Shown here: one piece after another, positions 48,601-61,000 of the stretch
How positions within the stretch are numbered: the stretch's first letter is position 1
Layout: the number at the start of each line of letters is the position of its first letter
Position numbers and translations under genes: made by a program
Assembly: GCA_051530055.1 (NCBI GenBank)
Contig: CM121341.1
Coordinates: 9,836,784 to 9,900,783 of the forward strand
DNA: 64,000 nucleotides
Direction of reading: 5' to 3'
Source of the DNA: Neoechinorhynchus agilis
Lineage: Eukaryota > Animalia > Acanthocephala
Notes under the pieces: model-generated
Databases searched by the model: none
Told to the model about the DNA's origin: nothing
What the model saw: the letters and a program-made list of their open reading frames with translations, nothing else

Positions 48601-51041
48601 AGGTGCGATTTCATGCTTTCACGCTCACGAATAATTTACGTCTAAATGATTTAGCCAATAGAATGCAAGAGTTGCAAGGAAGATGTACCGTGTTTTTCTT
48701 TGTGTACCTTTTGCCACAGGCACTACCTGCGATTTTTGCTTTCCTTGTTGAGAAAACATCGTCGCTAATTTATTTTTCGTTCAAAACAGCAAACCGCTCA
48801 AGGGTGGAAAAAATTAAATAACGATCTTAAACTTATACTTAAATAGACAATTATCAGTTTTTCTAAATTATTTGAGGAGGTAAAACTTTAACCTTTTATA
48901 GTGTAGAATGATATTGGATCGCGAATACTATTTTAACACTTTATTTTTTATTGGAGAAAATAGAACAATTAACTTAGAAAAATTCTAAAATCCTCAAATT
49001 AAACATCAGTAGCCTTTTCTCGAACTAGTCACCTTGGAAAAGTGGAAAGGTTGACGATAAAGCTACCTCTTGCTTTGTTCAAAAATAAATTAGGCTAGCG
49101 TTCAAAGAAAATTTAAAATATCTTTCAAGGTCCAGTCAATTGAATGAGATATTTAGTATACAACAGACGGACCGTTTGATTTATTATGTTCAGGTAAACA
49201 TATATAATCGTCGAAGATTTCGATCTGTTCTTAAGAGTTTGAGAGTAGAAATCACAACAACAGAGCATGAAAATTAAAGTAAGGAGTAATGTTAAGTTTT
49301 TCAGCGGCAACAGGTTCTGTACTAAATAAAAACGAATGAGAAATCGATAATCCTGTAAAACGCCTAAGTTTATGGCCTATAAGTTAGGATTTGAAAGATA
49401 GTGTAAGTCCGTTTCGATCATCTACTTACTATTCTTAAACAAACATTGATTATCCATGCAGGTGAGAGGCCTTGAGCAAGTGGTGAAGGAAATCAAGTTT
49501 GCTAAAATTTACCCGGAAAACAATTTCTTGATTTTTCACACCGTACTTTAAAAACCTGCATTTTGCTTATAACATTTCGAAAACTGCAAATCACCACCGA
49601 GGGCGATCTTATGACTTTGTTTCAGGTTTGATTGCCGATCAACTATGAAATTGTCATTCAATTCCATAAATGCAGAATTAAATTGGTGTTGTCTAAGCCA
49701 AGCTGTCATGGTTTGTACTTAAACTTCTAACCGGTGGCATTCATATTCAAGGTTTTTGTCTGATATTATGAAAAGTAAATATCTTTATAGCGAAAATGAC
49801 GATTGCTCAATTCTGATTGCTTTTTGTACGAGCAACGAGAAGGTCAATTCGCAATAAGATTTCATCGAATTTCGATACTCCTTAGCAATCATTCTATTTT
49901 ATGTTTCCGAATTATAAGATTTTATATTTCAAATTGTTTTGTCGACCTATGATCCAATTCACACCACTTTTACAAGCATTTGCACCGTCCTCCTGGGGTA
50001 ATGCTTTAGTATCAAATTTGAGATTTTTTAAGGTAAAACGATTGGAAGGCAATTCTGGTCAATAAGCTTTAGATTTTTATCTGCAAATTCAAAATATTAT
50101 GTTTTGGATATATCTATTGCTCGAACTTGCTGCTCGACTTTATTTCAACGATGATAACTTTCATGCATTGATTCATTCCCGTTTTTTGTTTCTCCTTGGA
50201 AGCTTCAAAGGTGCTCCTTATTTGAACGAAAATTCAAGAAAACATTTCAGATCAGCCAAATGTCGAAAACTATCCGAATGCTGGTCACCATTATTTTTTG
50301 CAAAGCATAATATTCTCGATCCCAATCTTTGCATTTATTTTATTTGCGATCGGAATTAACCTCTTTTGTAATCGAAGGTAAAATGAATAGCAAAAGTGAT
50401 TCACTAACTTAATGATAACCATTTAGAACCTAAGATACAGTTGAGTATTAACTCGCTGATTGCAGAGTTAATTCCGGCTCAATCTGGATCCAGGAAATTC
50501 GTGAAAGTATCGCAAAGAAATTTAATCATTGGAAAAAATCAAATATAAATATAATTCTTGGTTAAAAGTTAACATTAAAATATTTGTATATCTTTTTAAA
50601 CCTAGCGTTATTTATGAATTCAGGCAGCATACCGGCAACCGTGCTAGCGCGGACAAATAAACTGAAATTTACATTACTTAAGGTGCTGATATAGATTTTG
50701 ATGGGTTTATTTTAATTTACGTCACTATAATGGACTAATCAATTAAAATGACAATCGTTTATTAAAATGAAATTTTCTTGAACATTGCCAGTGACAAAAA
50801 TGATATGGTTTTTGATCAATGACATTGTGAGATTAATTCTAAAGTGGATGAATTGTGGCACCCGAAAAACCCCGACGAACGTTTGGGTTAATCCGTTATA
50901 GGAAGTTAACCGAAGTTACTTGATGATGATTAGCAATCTATTCGATAATACAAGTGATTGGCGAAAAATAGACGAATATATTTAAATTATCTGCAAAACG
51001 AAACCGATGTTTACAATATGAGAAGAATTTTAATGTTGCTG

Positions 51042-51389
51042 TTAGCAAAACAAAAACAATTGTATAATATTTGGTAGTGATGACCACAAAGACCCGTCGG
51101 TCAGAGTGGATATAAATAGTCGGTGGAGCGTAAAATAATAAATGCGGGTATTTTCGTCCACCACATTGGTGACTCCAGCGAGATGTGAGCGCATTTTGCA
51201 AGCCACGCCCAAACATCGATACAAGCACTGAGCCTGAAGTTGCCTCCATACTGGATTCATCAACCTTGGACACGGTTCGCCCAGACCGAAGCTCAATTTG
51301 CCCTCCGGAACATAATAGTTGATGAAACAAAATTCTATCATGCGATTGTTAAAATCGGTAAACGTCCGCAACGAACATTTTGCTAACAT
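51042..51389 (-). CDS. Hypothetical protein
   Basis: Open 115-codon frame with coding-like composition, divergent from the TFIIA-like gene; no family recognised. Confidence 0.3.
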   Translation of the reverse strand: MLAKCSLRTFTDFNNRMIEFCFINYYVPEGKLSFGLGEPCPRLMNPVWRQLQAQCLYRCLGVACKMRSHLAGVTNVVDENTRIYYFTLHRLFISTLTDGSLWSSLPNIIQLFLFC

Positions 51390-51796
51390 AGACAATTTAA
51401 ATTTTTATAAAACGACATGATCTCGTTTTTGGACTCTTCTCCTATTGTGCAACCAGGGATAAATTACATAAATAATATTTTCTGTTGGTTAGAGTCGACG
51501 AAGAGTTCATTGCCGAATCTGCAACGGGGCAGATTTTATTAAATTTCCCATTTAAAATACGCAACTTCATATTAAATAAAAGGTTAGCGGAAAAGCTTTT
51601 GTGCTAAAAAATAGTCTTCGAATAACATATTTTGAAGAAACCCTCAGGATCATCAATATGCTGTGATTGCAACAAATATTGTGTTCTAAAAGGTTCCCCA
51701 AAAACATTAATATACATCGATAAACCCACTCAAAAATAGTATCTTTGATACCCACAAAATATCCCGGAAGCTCAGCAAAGAGGATAAAATCTTATA

Positions 51797-52805
51797 ATGG
51801 GAAGAACTAGGGGATGTGAAAGGCCAATTCATTTTGCGACAAGTCGAAGATCAGCTACAACGGTAAAAGAAATCTTTATTGATCTAATAAGAAATTTAAA
51901 TTTCCGCAGAGAAATCAATATTATGGGGCGATACGGGAAGTTGGTAAACGGCTAGAACCGATATTCTCGAGGAGAGGTATTGAAACAGGCAAAATTGCGG
52001 AATTAAAGGAGGTATGTTAATATAGATTTATCATTTTAAAGTTTTGCTAATATTACGCCAGAAATGGATTGATTTGTTGATCAAGGCTGGAACTTTTGGT
52101 GGGCCAGCGGGTAGGTTCGGCTTGAACTCTTAACAATTGTAACAAAATCTAATTTGCTTAGATCATGAAGTGCTGCAAAGAATTGCTCCATTTAAAAGAT
52201 TCGGTTCAAATAATGAAGTTAGCAAAGATGACGACGCTATAAGCATATCTTCAATCGATACGTCTAATATCAATGAAATGAATGAGGTATTAATTTCAAA
52301 TAGAAGAATGCTGGAGGATATGGAGGAAGACCTTGTAAGCGTCTCTTCAATCGATACGTGTGATATTGATGGATCTAACGAGATAGAAACTTTAAATAGA
52401 GGAAGGATGGAGGCTAGGACTCGTGTTGGAGACTCAATGAATCAAAATAGTAGTGATTTGTCTTTAGAAGATTCAATGCAAAACAAGATAGAAGAGAGTG
52501 ACATTTGTGATACAAGTGAAGAAAGTATTGAAGACGTAGAAATTGATAAAAGTGAAAGGATCACGATTGATTCGGCAGATTCTCTGAGCGGTGAAGACGT
52601 CGAAGAGTACCCTGAGACCGATGATATAATTATTGGAATTAGTGAACCAAAATATATGAAATGGGACGTACAACATTTCAAGATTAGAAACGTTGTTATG
52701 AGGATTAGGAACAAGGAATTCCTTTTCAAAGGAGTATTCGGGAAAGGAAGAGATCCCGCAGGAGAAAGTTTTGTGAAGAAACTTATACGGGAACATGAAA
52801 ACTGA
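51797..52805 (+). CDS. GTF2A1: Divergent TFIIA large subunit (alpha/beta; GTF2A1/ALF/TOA1-like), 4 exons
   Basis: In-frame GT-AG exons 51797-51862, 51910-52011, 52062-52110, 52162-52805. N-term YYGAIREVGKRLEPIFSRRGIETGKIAELKEKWIDLL resembles LYRSVIEDVINDVRDIFLDDGVDEQVLMELKTLWENKL; acidic linker; C-term ETDDIIIG..KWDVQHFKIRNVVMRIRNKEFLF resembles DTENVVVC..KWKFHLKDGIMNLNGRDYIF. Confidence 0.75.
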
Positions 52806-53297
52806 ATATAACCTTTTTGTTAGAATTTTACACTTAATAAATAGAATGTTGCTAACACGGTTAAGAATTTCTGCGGTGAAACATAATTTGATGCCTTTTG
52901 AAATGGTGGAGAATCGCTTTAATGAACTTTTCGCTAGGTGTTTGCTACTGCGAGTATATCGGTCATTGCATTTTTGGATGTTATTTTTATTTGGGCGGCT
53001 ACAAAGCAAAGGTTTTCAATAAATCAGTAACAAATACTAAACGCCACTAAATAAGATTCCAAATATTCGGATGATCTCTATTTAACAGTAATTAAGAGGC
53101 ATAATATTTATTAGACAGCTACCAATAGAAATGTTCACGTGGTAACGTGAGAAGCCGGCCTAACACTAACAAATAAGTTTATCAACAGCTTCGGTTTACT
53201 ATTTATTAACAGTTCGAAGAAACACACGATCGTATCTCCTTCCTTCGAATATAACGTCTATCGATAACAATTGCGATATTTTACAACTTAAAGAGAG

Positions 53298-54098
53298 ATG
53301 CAACGACGAATCAGTGATCACTCACCATTCTTCAAGAGATCAAAACAGTCTTGGCCACGTTCAAATCGAATCGAAACTCATCAACAATCAACAAAATATC
53401 ACCAACCACGAAACAGAGACCGAAATCAAATGCCAGTTTTCGAGCGCCGAGGCGATCATTCAACATGGCACTCACAAAATGTTAGCCGGCGACGCCAAGA
53501 TAATGAAAGTAATTTTTATGAACCTCAATGGATAGCCAATCCAAATTTCAATTATCGACCGCCATCACACAACCGAAATTATAAAAGCTATCGAAATTAC
53601 TGGCGGGAAACAAGACAGGACAATCGCCAAGAGCGTGAAACAAGACCGTGGTCGCCAGAGCTCAATAGAAGGCAGCAAGTTAGAAAAAGAGCTTCGCGAC
53701 AACAAAATGATTTTCCGAACAGAAAACGTCCTCGTGTTACTTTGGAGTTTCTCGACAAGCAATTGGACGACTATAAGGCGAAATGTGCAAGGGAGCGAAT
53801 GGCGATGGGATCTGCACAAGAGACTACCAAATCAAATAATGTTGAATCGGAAAAAACAAGACGAAACAATCGCTATGAGTGTAAAGCAAGACCGTGGTCG
53901 CCAGGGTTCAATAGAAAACAACAAGTTCGAAAAAGAGAGTCAAGGCCACAAAACGATTTTCCGATCCGAAAACGTCCTCGAGTGACATTGGAGTTCCTCG
54001 ACAAACAATTGGATGAATACATGGCCAAATGTGCAAGGGAGCGAATGGCGATGGGACCTGCACAAGAGGCTACTTCGGAGAAAAATGAAAAACCGTAG
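53298..54098 (+). CDS. Arg-rich protein with duplicated UAP56-binding (CHTOP/ALYREF, FoP-duplication-like) motif
   Basis: 266-aa intronless ORF; two internal repeats each ending PRVTLEFLDKQLD(D/E)Y(K/M)AK, resembling CHTOP PVLTKEQLDNQLDAYMSK; AATAAA at about 54150. Confidence 0.7.
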   Translation: MQRRISDHSPFFKRSKQSWPRSNRIETHQQSTKYHQPRNRDRNQMPVFERRGDHSTWHSQNVSRRRQDNESNFYEPQWIANPNFNYRPPSHNRNYKSYRNYWRETRQDNRQERETRPWSPELNRRQQVRKRASRQQNDFPNRKRPRVTLEFLDKQLDDYKAKCARERMAMGSAQETTKSNNVESEKTRRNNRYECKARPWSPGFNRKQQVRKRESRPQNDFPIRKRPRVTLEFLDKQLDEYMAKCARERMAMGPAQEATSEKNEKP

Positions 54099-55019
54099 AC
54101 TTTATATAATTCAAAGCTGTATATGTCAGCATGGGGCTTAGACTTTTTTTAATAAAAGTCATAATAATGATGGTTGATTGTGGAAGACTGTTAAATTAAA
54201 ATTACAGTCTAAAATATCATGCCTTTACGTTCAATAGGGTAGCAAGTTGAACATTTTGAATGCATTAAGTGTAAAGCTTAATACCTGTTTGAAACCACAA
54301 CCACCATAGTTTAATTTTCTTAAGAAGCGTTCTAGGTCACTGAACAATTTTCCAGAATGCAGATTATAGACAATCAATAGATGACTGCAATTTTAGATAG
54401 GATCAATTTAAAAATAATGCGACTCGCGTTTAAAGTTCGAAATTTAATTCCCTGAGAATGCAAAGGACCGGAATACTCGTGCAATCGATTAAAAAAGCAT
54501 AATAATTTTTCAAAAGAGAAAAAGTTCAATCACTTTCATCTCCCTTATACAACTTAGCAGCAAACGCTTTAGACGGAGATGATGATGTAGCCGAACAACT
54601 CATGGACACTGTAGTCAGAAAAGCAGATCGGGTACAATGTCTAAATAGTAAGAAATTAGAATAATGATTATCTATAAAGCTGTCTCGGGATTCTTGAACG
54701 CAGAAACAACGGAACGGATTAGTCCCCGAATTGTAGAAAACCCTTAAATCACCGATCGGTTAACCCAAAGTTTCAATATTTAAAAAACCAATTAGGTCAA
54801 TTGCAGTAAAAACTACATGTTCAACTCTGATTTAATTGAGATTACAACACACACACGCTTGCTCCATAATCCTGGAACTCTTCTATCCAGAGGGCGTGCT
54901 CAATTCATTCCCACGACTTTCTAAAGAAATCTGCGGCGTTCAGACGACGAGGCACTTAACTAGGGGTGCATTTATTATGGAGAATATATGTTCAAGTCCT
55001 CCTTAAGTGTTTAAAAAAT

Positions 55020-58000
55020 GATGCTAAATTTCTTGATCGGCTTTGTATCTGATTAAATGCCCGACGACACACATTCACAATTTCGTGTTTCTTCGACCGA
55101 AATCCCAGTCCTCCTTTAGACAGTGGCAAGAAAACAACGCGGTTGTTTAAAAAATGCGGCTAGATTTCTTGATCGGCTTTCTATCTCATTAAATGCCCGA
55201 CGACACACATTCACAATTTCGTGTTTCTTCGACCGAAATCTTAGTCCACCTTTAGACAGTGGCAAGAAAACAACGCGGTTGTTAAAAATGCGGCTAGATT
55301 TCTTGATCGGCTTTGTATCTCATTAAATGCCTGACGACAAACATTTACAGTTTCGTTTTTTCGACCGAAATCTTAGTCCTCCTTTAGACAGTGGCAAGAA
55401 AACAACGCGATTGTTTAAAAATGCGGCTAGATTTCTTGATTGGCTTTGTATCTCATTAAATGCCCGACGACACACATTCACAATTTCGTGTTTCTTCGAC
55501 CGAAATCTTAGTCCTCCTTTAGACAGTGGCAAGAAAACAACGCGGTTGTTAAAAATGCGGCTTGATTTCTTAATCGCTTTTGTATCTCATTAAATGCCCG
55601 ACGACACACATTCACAATTTCGTGTTTCGTCGACCGAAATCCTAGTCCTCCTTTAGACAGTGGCAAGAAAACAACGCGATTGTTAAAGAATGCGGCTAGA
55701 TTTCTTGATCGGCTTTGTATCTCATCAAATGCCCGACGACACACATTTACAATTTCGTGTTTCTGACTGAAATCTTTTGTCCTCCTTTAGACAGTGCCAA
55801 GAAAACAATGCGGTTGTTAAAAAAATGGCATTAGATTTCTTGATCGGCTTTGTATCTCATCAAATGCCCGACGACACACATTTACAATTTCTTCGTGTTT
55901 CCTCGACCGAAATCTTTGTCCTCCTTTAGACAGTGGCAAGAAAACAACGCGGTTGTTAAAAAATGCGGCTAGATTTCTTGATCGGCTTTGTATCTCATCA
56001 AATGCCCGACGACACACATTTACAATTTCGTGTTTCCTCGACCGAAATCTTTGTCCTCCTTTAGACAGTGCCAAGAAAACAACGAGTAGGTTGTTAAAAA
56101 AATGCGGCTAGATTTCTTGATCGGCTTTGTATCTCATTAAATGCCCGACGACACACATTTACAATTTCGTGTTCCCTCGGACCGAAATCCTAGTCCTCCT
56201 TTAGACAGTGGCAAGAAAACAACGCGGTTGTTAAAAAATGCGACTGGATTTCTTGATCGGCTTTGTATCTCATTAAATGCCCGACGACACACATTTACAA
56301 TTTCGTGTTTCTTCGACCGAAATCTTAGTCTTCCTTTAGACAGTGGCAAGAAAACAACGCGATTGTTTAAAAAATGCTGCTAGATTTCTTGATTGGCTTT
56401 GTATCTCATTAAATGCCCGACGACACACATTTACAATTTCGTGTTTCTTCGACCGAAATCCAAGTCCTCCTTTAGACAGTGGCAAGAAAATAACGCGATT
56501 TTTTAAAAAATGCGGCTTGATTTATTAATCGCCTTTGTATCTCATTAAATGCCCGACGACGCGCATTTGCAATTTCGTGTTTCTTCGACCGAAATCCTAG
56601 TCCTCCTTTAGACAGTGGAAAAAAAGTAACGCGATTGTTTAAAAAATGCGGCTTGATTTCTTGATCGCTTTTGTACCTCATTAAATGCCCGACGATCGGA
56701 TTTGCAATTTCGTGTTTCTTCGACCGAAATCCTAGTCCTCCTTTAGACAGTGGCAAGAAAATAACGCGATTTTTAAAAAAATGCAGCTAAATTTCTTGAT
56801 CGGCTTTGTATTTCATTAAATGCCCGACGACACAATTTACAATTTCGTGTTTTCTCGACCGAAATCTTAGTCCTCCTTTAGACAGTGGCAAGAAAACAAC
56901 GCGATTGTTTAAAAAATGCGGCTTGATTTCTTGATTGGCTTTGTATCTCATTAAATGCCCGACGACACCCATTTACAATTTCGTGTTTCTTCGACCGAAA
57001 TCCCAGTCCTCCTTTAGACAGTGGCAAGAAAACAACGCGGTTGTTAAAAAAATGCGGCTAGATTTCTTGATCGGCTTTGTATCTCATTAAATGCCCGACG
57101 ACACACATTTTCAATTTCGTGTTTCTTCGACCGAAATCCCAGTCCTCCTTTAGACAGTGGCAAGAAAACAACGCGATTGTTTAAAAATTGCGGCTAGATT
57201 TCTTGATCGGCTTTGTATCTCATTAAATGCCCGACGACACACATTCACAATTTCGTGTTTCTTCACCCGAAATCCCAGTCCTCCTTTAGACAGCGGCAAG
57301 AAAACAATGCGATTGTTTAAAAAATGCGGCTGGGGATTTCTTGATCGGTTTGTATTTCATTAAATGCCCGACGATTACGGCATTTACAATTTCGTGTTTC
57401 TTCGACCGAAATCTTAGTCCTCCTTTGCACAGTGGCAAGAAAACAACGCGATTGTTTAAAAAATGCGGCTTGATTTCTTGATCGGCTTTGTATCTCATTA
57501 AATGCCCGACGACAAACATTTACAGTATCGTGTTTCTTCGACCGAAATCACAGTCCACCTTTAGACAGTGGCAAGAAAACAACGCGATTGTTTAAAAAAT
57601 TCGGCTAGATTTCTTGATCGGCTTTGTATCTCATTAAATGCCCGACGACAAACATTTACAGTTTCGTGTTTCTTCGACCGAAATCACAGTCCTCCTTTAG
57701 ACAGTGGCAAGAAAACAACGCGGTTGTTAAAAAAAATGCGGCTAGATTTCTTGATCGGCTTTGTATCTCATTAAATGCCCGACGACACACATTCACAATT
57801 TCGTGTTTCTTCGACCGAAATCCCAGTCCTCCTTTAAACAGTGGCAAGAAAACAACGCGGTTGTTAAAAAAATGCGGCTTGATTTCTTGATCGGCTTTGT
57901 ATCTCATTAAATGCCCGACGACACACATTCACAATTTCGTGTTTCTTCGACCGAAATCCCAGTCCTCCTTTAGACAGTGGCAAGAAAACAACGCGGTTGT

Positions 58001-61000
58001 TAAAAAAACGCGGCTTGATTTCTTGATTGGCTTTGTATCTGATTAAATGCCCGACGACACACATTTACAATTTCGTGTTTCCTCGACCGAAATCTCAGTC
58101 CTCCTTTTGACAGTGGCAAGAAAACAACGCGGTTGTTAAAAAAATGCGGCTAGATTTCTTGATCGGCTTTGTATCTCATTAAATGCCCGACGACACACAT
58201 TTACAATTTCGTGTTTCTTCGACCGAAATCTTAGTCCTCCTTTAGACAGTGGCAAGAATACAACGCGATTGTTTAAAAAATGCGGCTAGATTTCTTGATC
58301 GGCTTTGTATCTCATTAAATGCCCGACGACACACATTCACAATTTCGTGTTTCTTCGACCGAAATCTTAGTCCTCCTTTAGACAGTGGCAAGAAAACAAC
58401 GCGATTGTTAAAAAATGCGGCTAGATTTCTTGATCGGCTTTGTATCTCATTAAATGCCCGACGACAAACATTTACAGTTTCGTGTTTCTTCGACCGAAAT
58501 CCCAGTCCTCCTTTAGACAGTGGCAAGAAAGCAACGCGATTGTTTAAAAATGCGGCTAGATTTCTTGATTGGCTTTATATCATTAAATGCCCGACGACAC
58601 ACATTCACAATTTCGTGTTTCTTCGACCGAAATCTTAGTCCTCCTTTAGACAGTGGCAAGAAAACAACGCGATTGTTCAAAAAAAATGCGGCTAGATTTC
58701 TTGATCGGCTTTGTATCTAATTAAAATGCCCGACGACACACATTTACAATTTCGTGTTTCTTCAACCGAAATCCTAGTCCACCTTTAGACAGTGGCAAGA
58801 AAACAACGCGGTTATTTAAAAAATGCGGCTTGATTTCTTGATCGGCTTTGTATCTCATTATATGGCCGACGACACACATTTACAATTTCGTGTTTCCTCG
58901 ACCGAAATCCTAGTCCTCCTTTAGACAGTGGCAAGAAAACAACGCGGTTGTTAAAAAATGGGGCTTGATTTCTTAATCGCTTTTGTATCTCATTAAATGC
59001 CCGACGACACACATTCACAATTTCGTGTTTCTTCGACCGAAATCCTAGTCCTCCTTTAGACAGTGGCAAGAAAACAACGCGGTTGTTAAAAAAAATGCGG
59101 CTAGATTTCTTGATCGGCTTTGTATCTCATTAAATGCCCGACGACACACATTTACAATTTCGTGTTTCTTCGACCGAAATCCCAGTCCTCCTTTAGACAG
59201 TGGCAAGAAAACAACGCGATTGTTTAAAAAATGCGGCTTGATTTCTTGATCGGCTTTGTATCTCATTAAATGCCCGACGACACACATTCACAATTTCGTG
59301 TTTCTTCGACCGAAATCCCAGTCCTCCTTTAGACAGTGGCAAGAAAACAACGCGATTGTTTAAAAAATGCGGCTAGATTTCTTGATCGGCTTTGTATCTC
59401 ATTAAATGCCCGACGACACACATTTACAATTTCGTGTTTCTTCGACCGAAATCCTATTCCTCCTTTAGACAGTGGCAAGAAAACAACGCGATTGTTTAAA
59501 AAATGCATCTTGATTTCTTGATCGGTTTGTATCTCATTAAATGCCCGACGACACACATTTACAATTTCGTGTTTCTTCGACCGAAATCTTAGTCCTCCTT
59601 TAGACAGTGGCAAGAAAACAACGCGATTGTTTAAAAAATGCGGGCTTGCTCTCTTGATCGGCTTGTATCTCATTAAATGCCCGACAACACACATTCACAA
59701 TTTCGTGTTTCTTCGACCGAAATCCCAGTCCTCGTTTAGACAGTGGCAAGAAAACAACGCGGTTGTTAAAAAAATGCGGCTAGATTGCTTGATCGGCTTT
59801 TTATCTCATTAAATGCCCGACGACACACATTTACAATTTCGTGTTTCCTCGACCGAAATCCTAGTCCTCCTTTAGACAGTGGCAAGAAAACAACGCGGTT
59901 GTTAAAAAATGCGGCTAGATTTCTTGATCGGCTTTGTATCTCATTAAATGCCCGACGACAAACATTTACAGTATCGTGTTTCTTCGACCGAAATCACAGT
60001 GGTCCTCTTTAGACAGTGGCAAGAAAACAACGCGGTTGTTAAAAAATGCGGCTAGATTTCTTGATCGGCTTTGTATCTCATTAAATGCCCGACGACACAC
60101 ATTCACAATTTCGTGTTTCTTCGACCGAAATCCTAGTCCTCCTTTAGACAGTGGCAAGAAAACAACGCGATTGTTTAAAAATGCGGCTAGATTTCTTGAT
60201 CGGCTTTGTATCTCATTAAATGCCGGACGACACACATTCACAATTTCGTGTTTCTTCGACCGAAATCCCAGTCCTCCTTTAGACAGTGGCAAGAAAACAA
60301 CGCGGTTTTTAAAAAAATGCGGCTTGATTTCTTGATTGGCTTTGTATCTGATTAAATGCCCGACGACACACATTTACAATTTCGTGTTTCCTCGACCGAA
60401 ATCTCAGTGCTCCTTTAGACAGTGGCAAGAAAACAACGCGGTTGTTAAAAAAATGCGGCTAGATTTCTTGATCGGTTTTGTATCTCATTAAATGCCCGAC
60501 GACACACATTTACAGTATCGTGTTTCTTCGACCGAAATCACAGTCCTCCTTTAGACAGTGGCAAGAAAACAACGCGGTTGTTAAAAAATGCGGCTAGATT
60601 TCTTGATCGGCTTCGTATCTCATTAAATGCCCGACGACACACATTTACAATTTCGTGTTTCCTCGACCGAAATCCTAGTCCTCCTTTAGACAGTGGCAAG
60701 AAAACAACGCGATTGTTTGAAAAATGCGGCTAGATTTCTTGATCGGCTTCGTATCTCATTAAATGCCCGACGACACACATTTACAATTCCGTGTTTCTTC
60801 GACCGAAATCCTAGTCCACCTTTAGACAGTGGCAAGAAAACAACGCGATTGTTTGAAAAATGCGGCTAGATTTCTTGATCGGCTTCGTATCTCATTAAAT
60901 GCCCGACGACACACATTTACAATTCCGTGTTTCTTCGACCGAAATCCTAGTCCACCTTTAGACAGTGGCAAGAAAAACAACGCGATTGTTTAAAAAATGC

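Noticed and set aside
49440-50330. Series of GT-AG-bounded segments suggesting a plus-strand multi-exon gene
   Set aside because: No consistent in-frame model or recognisable motif could be assembled by hand.
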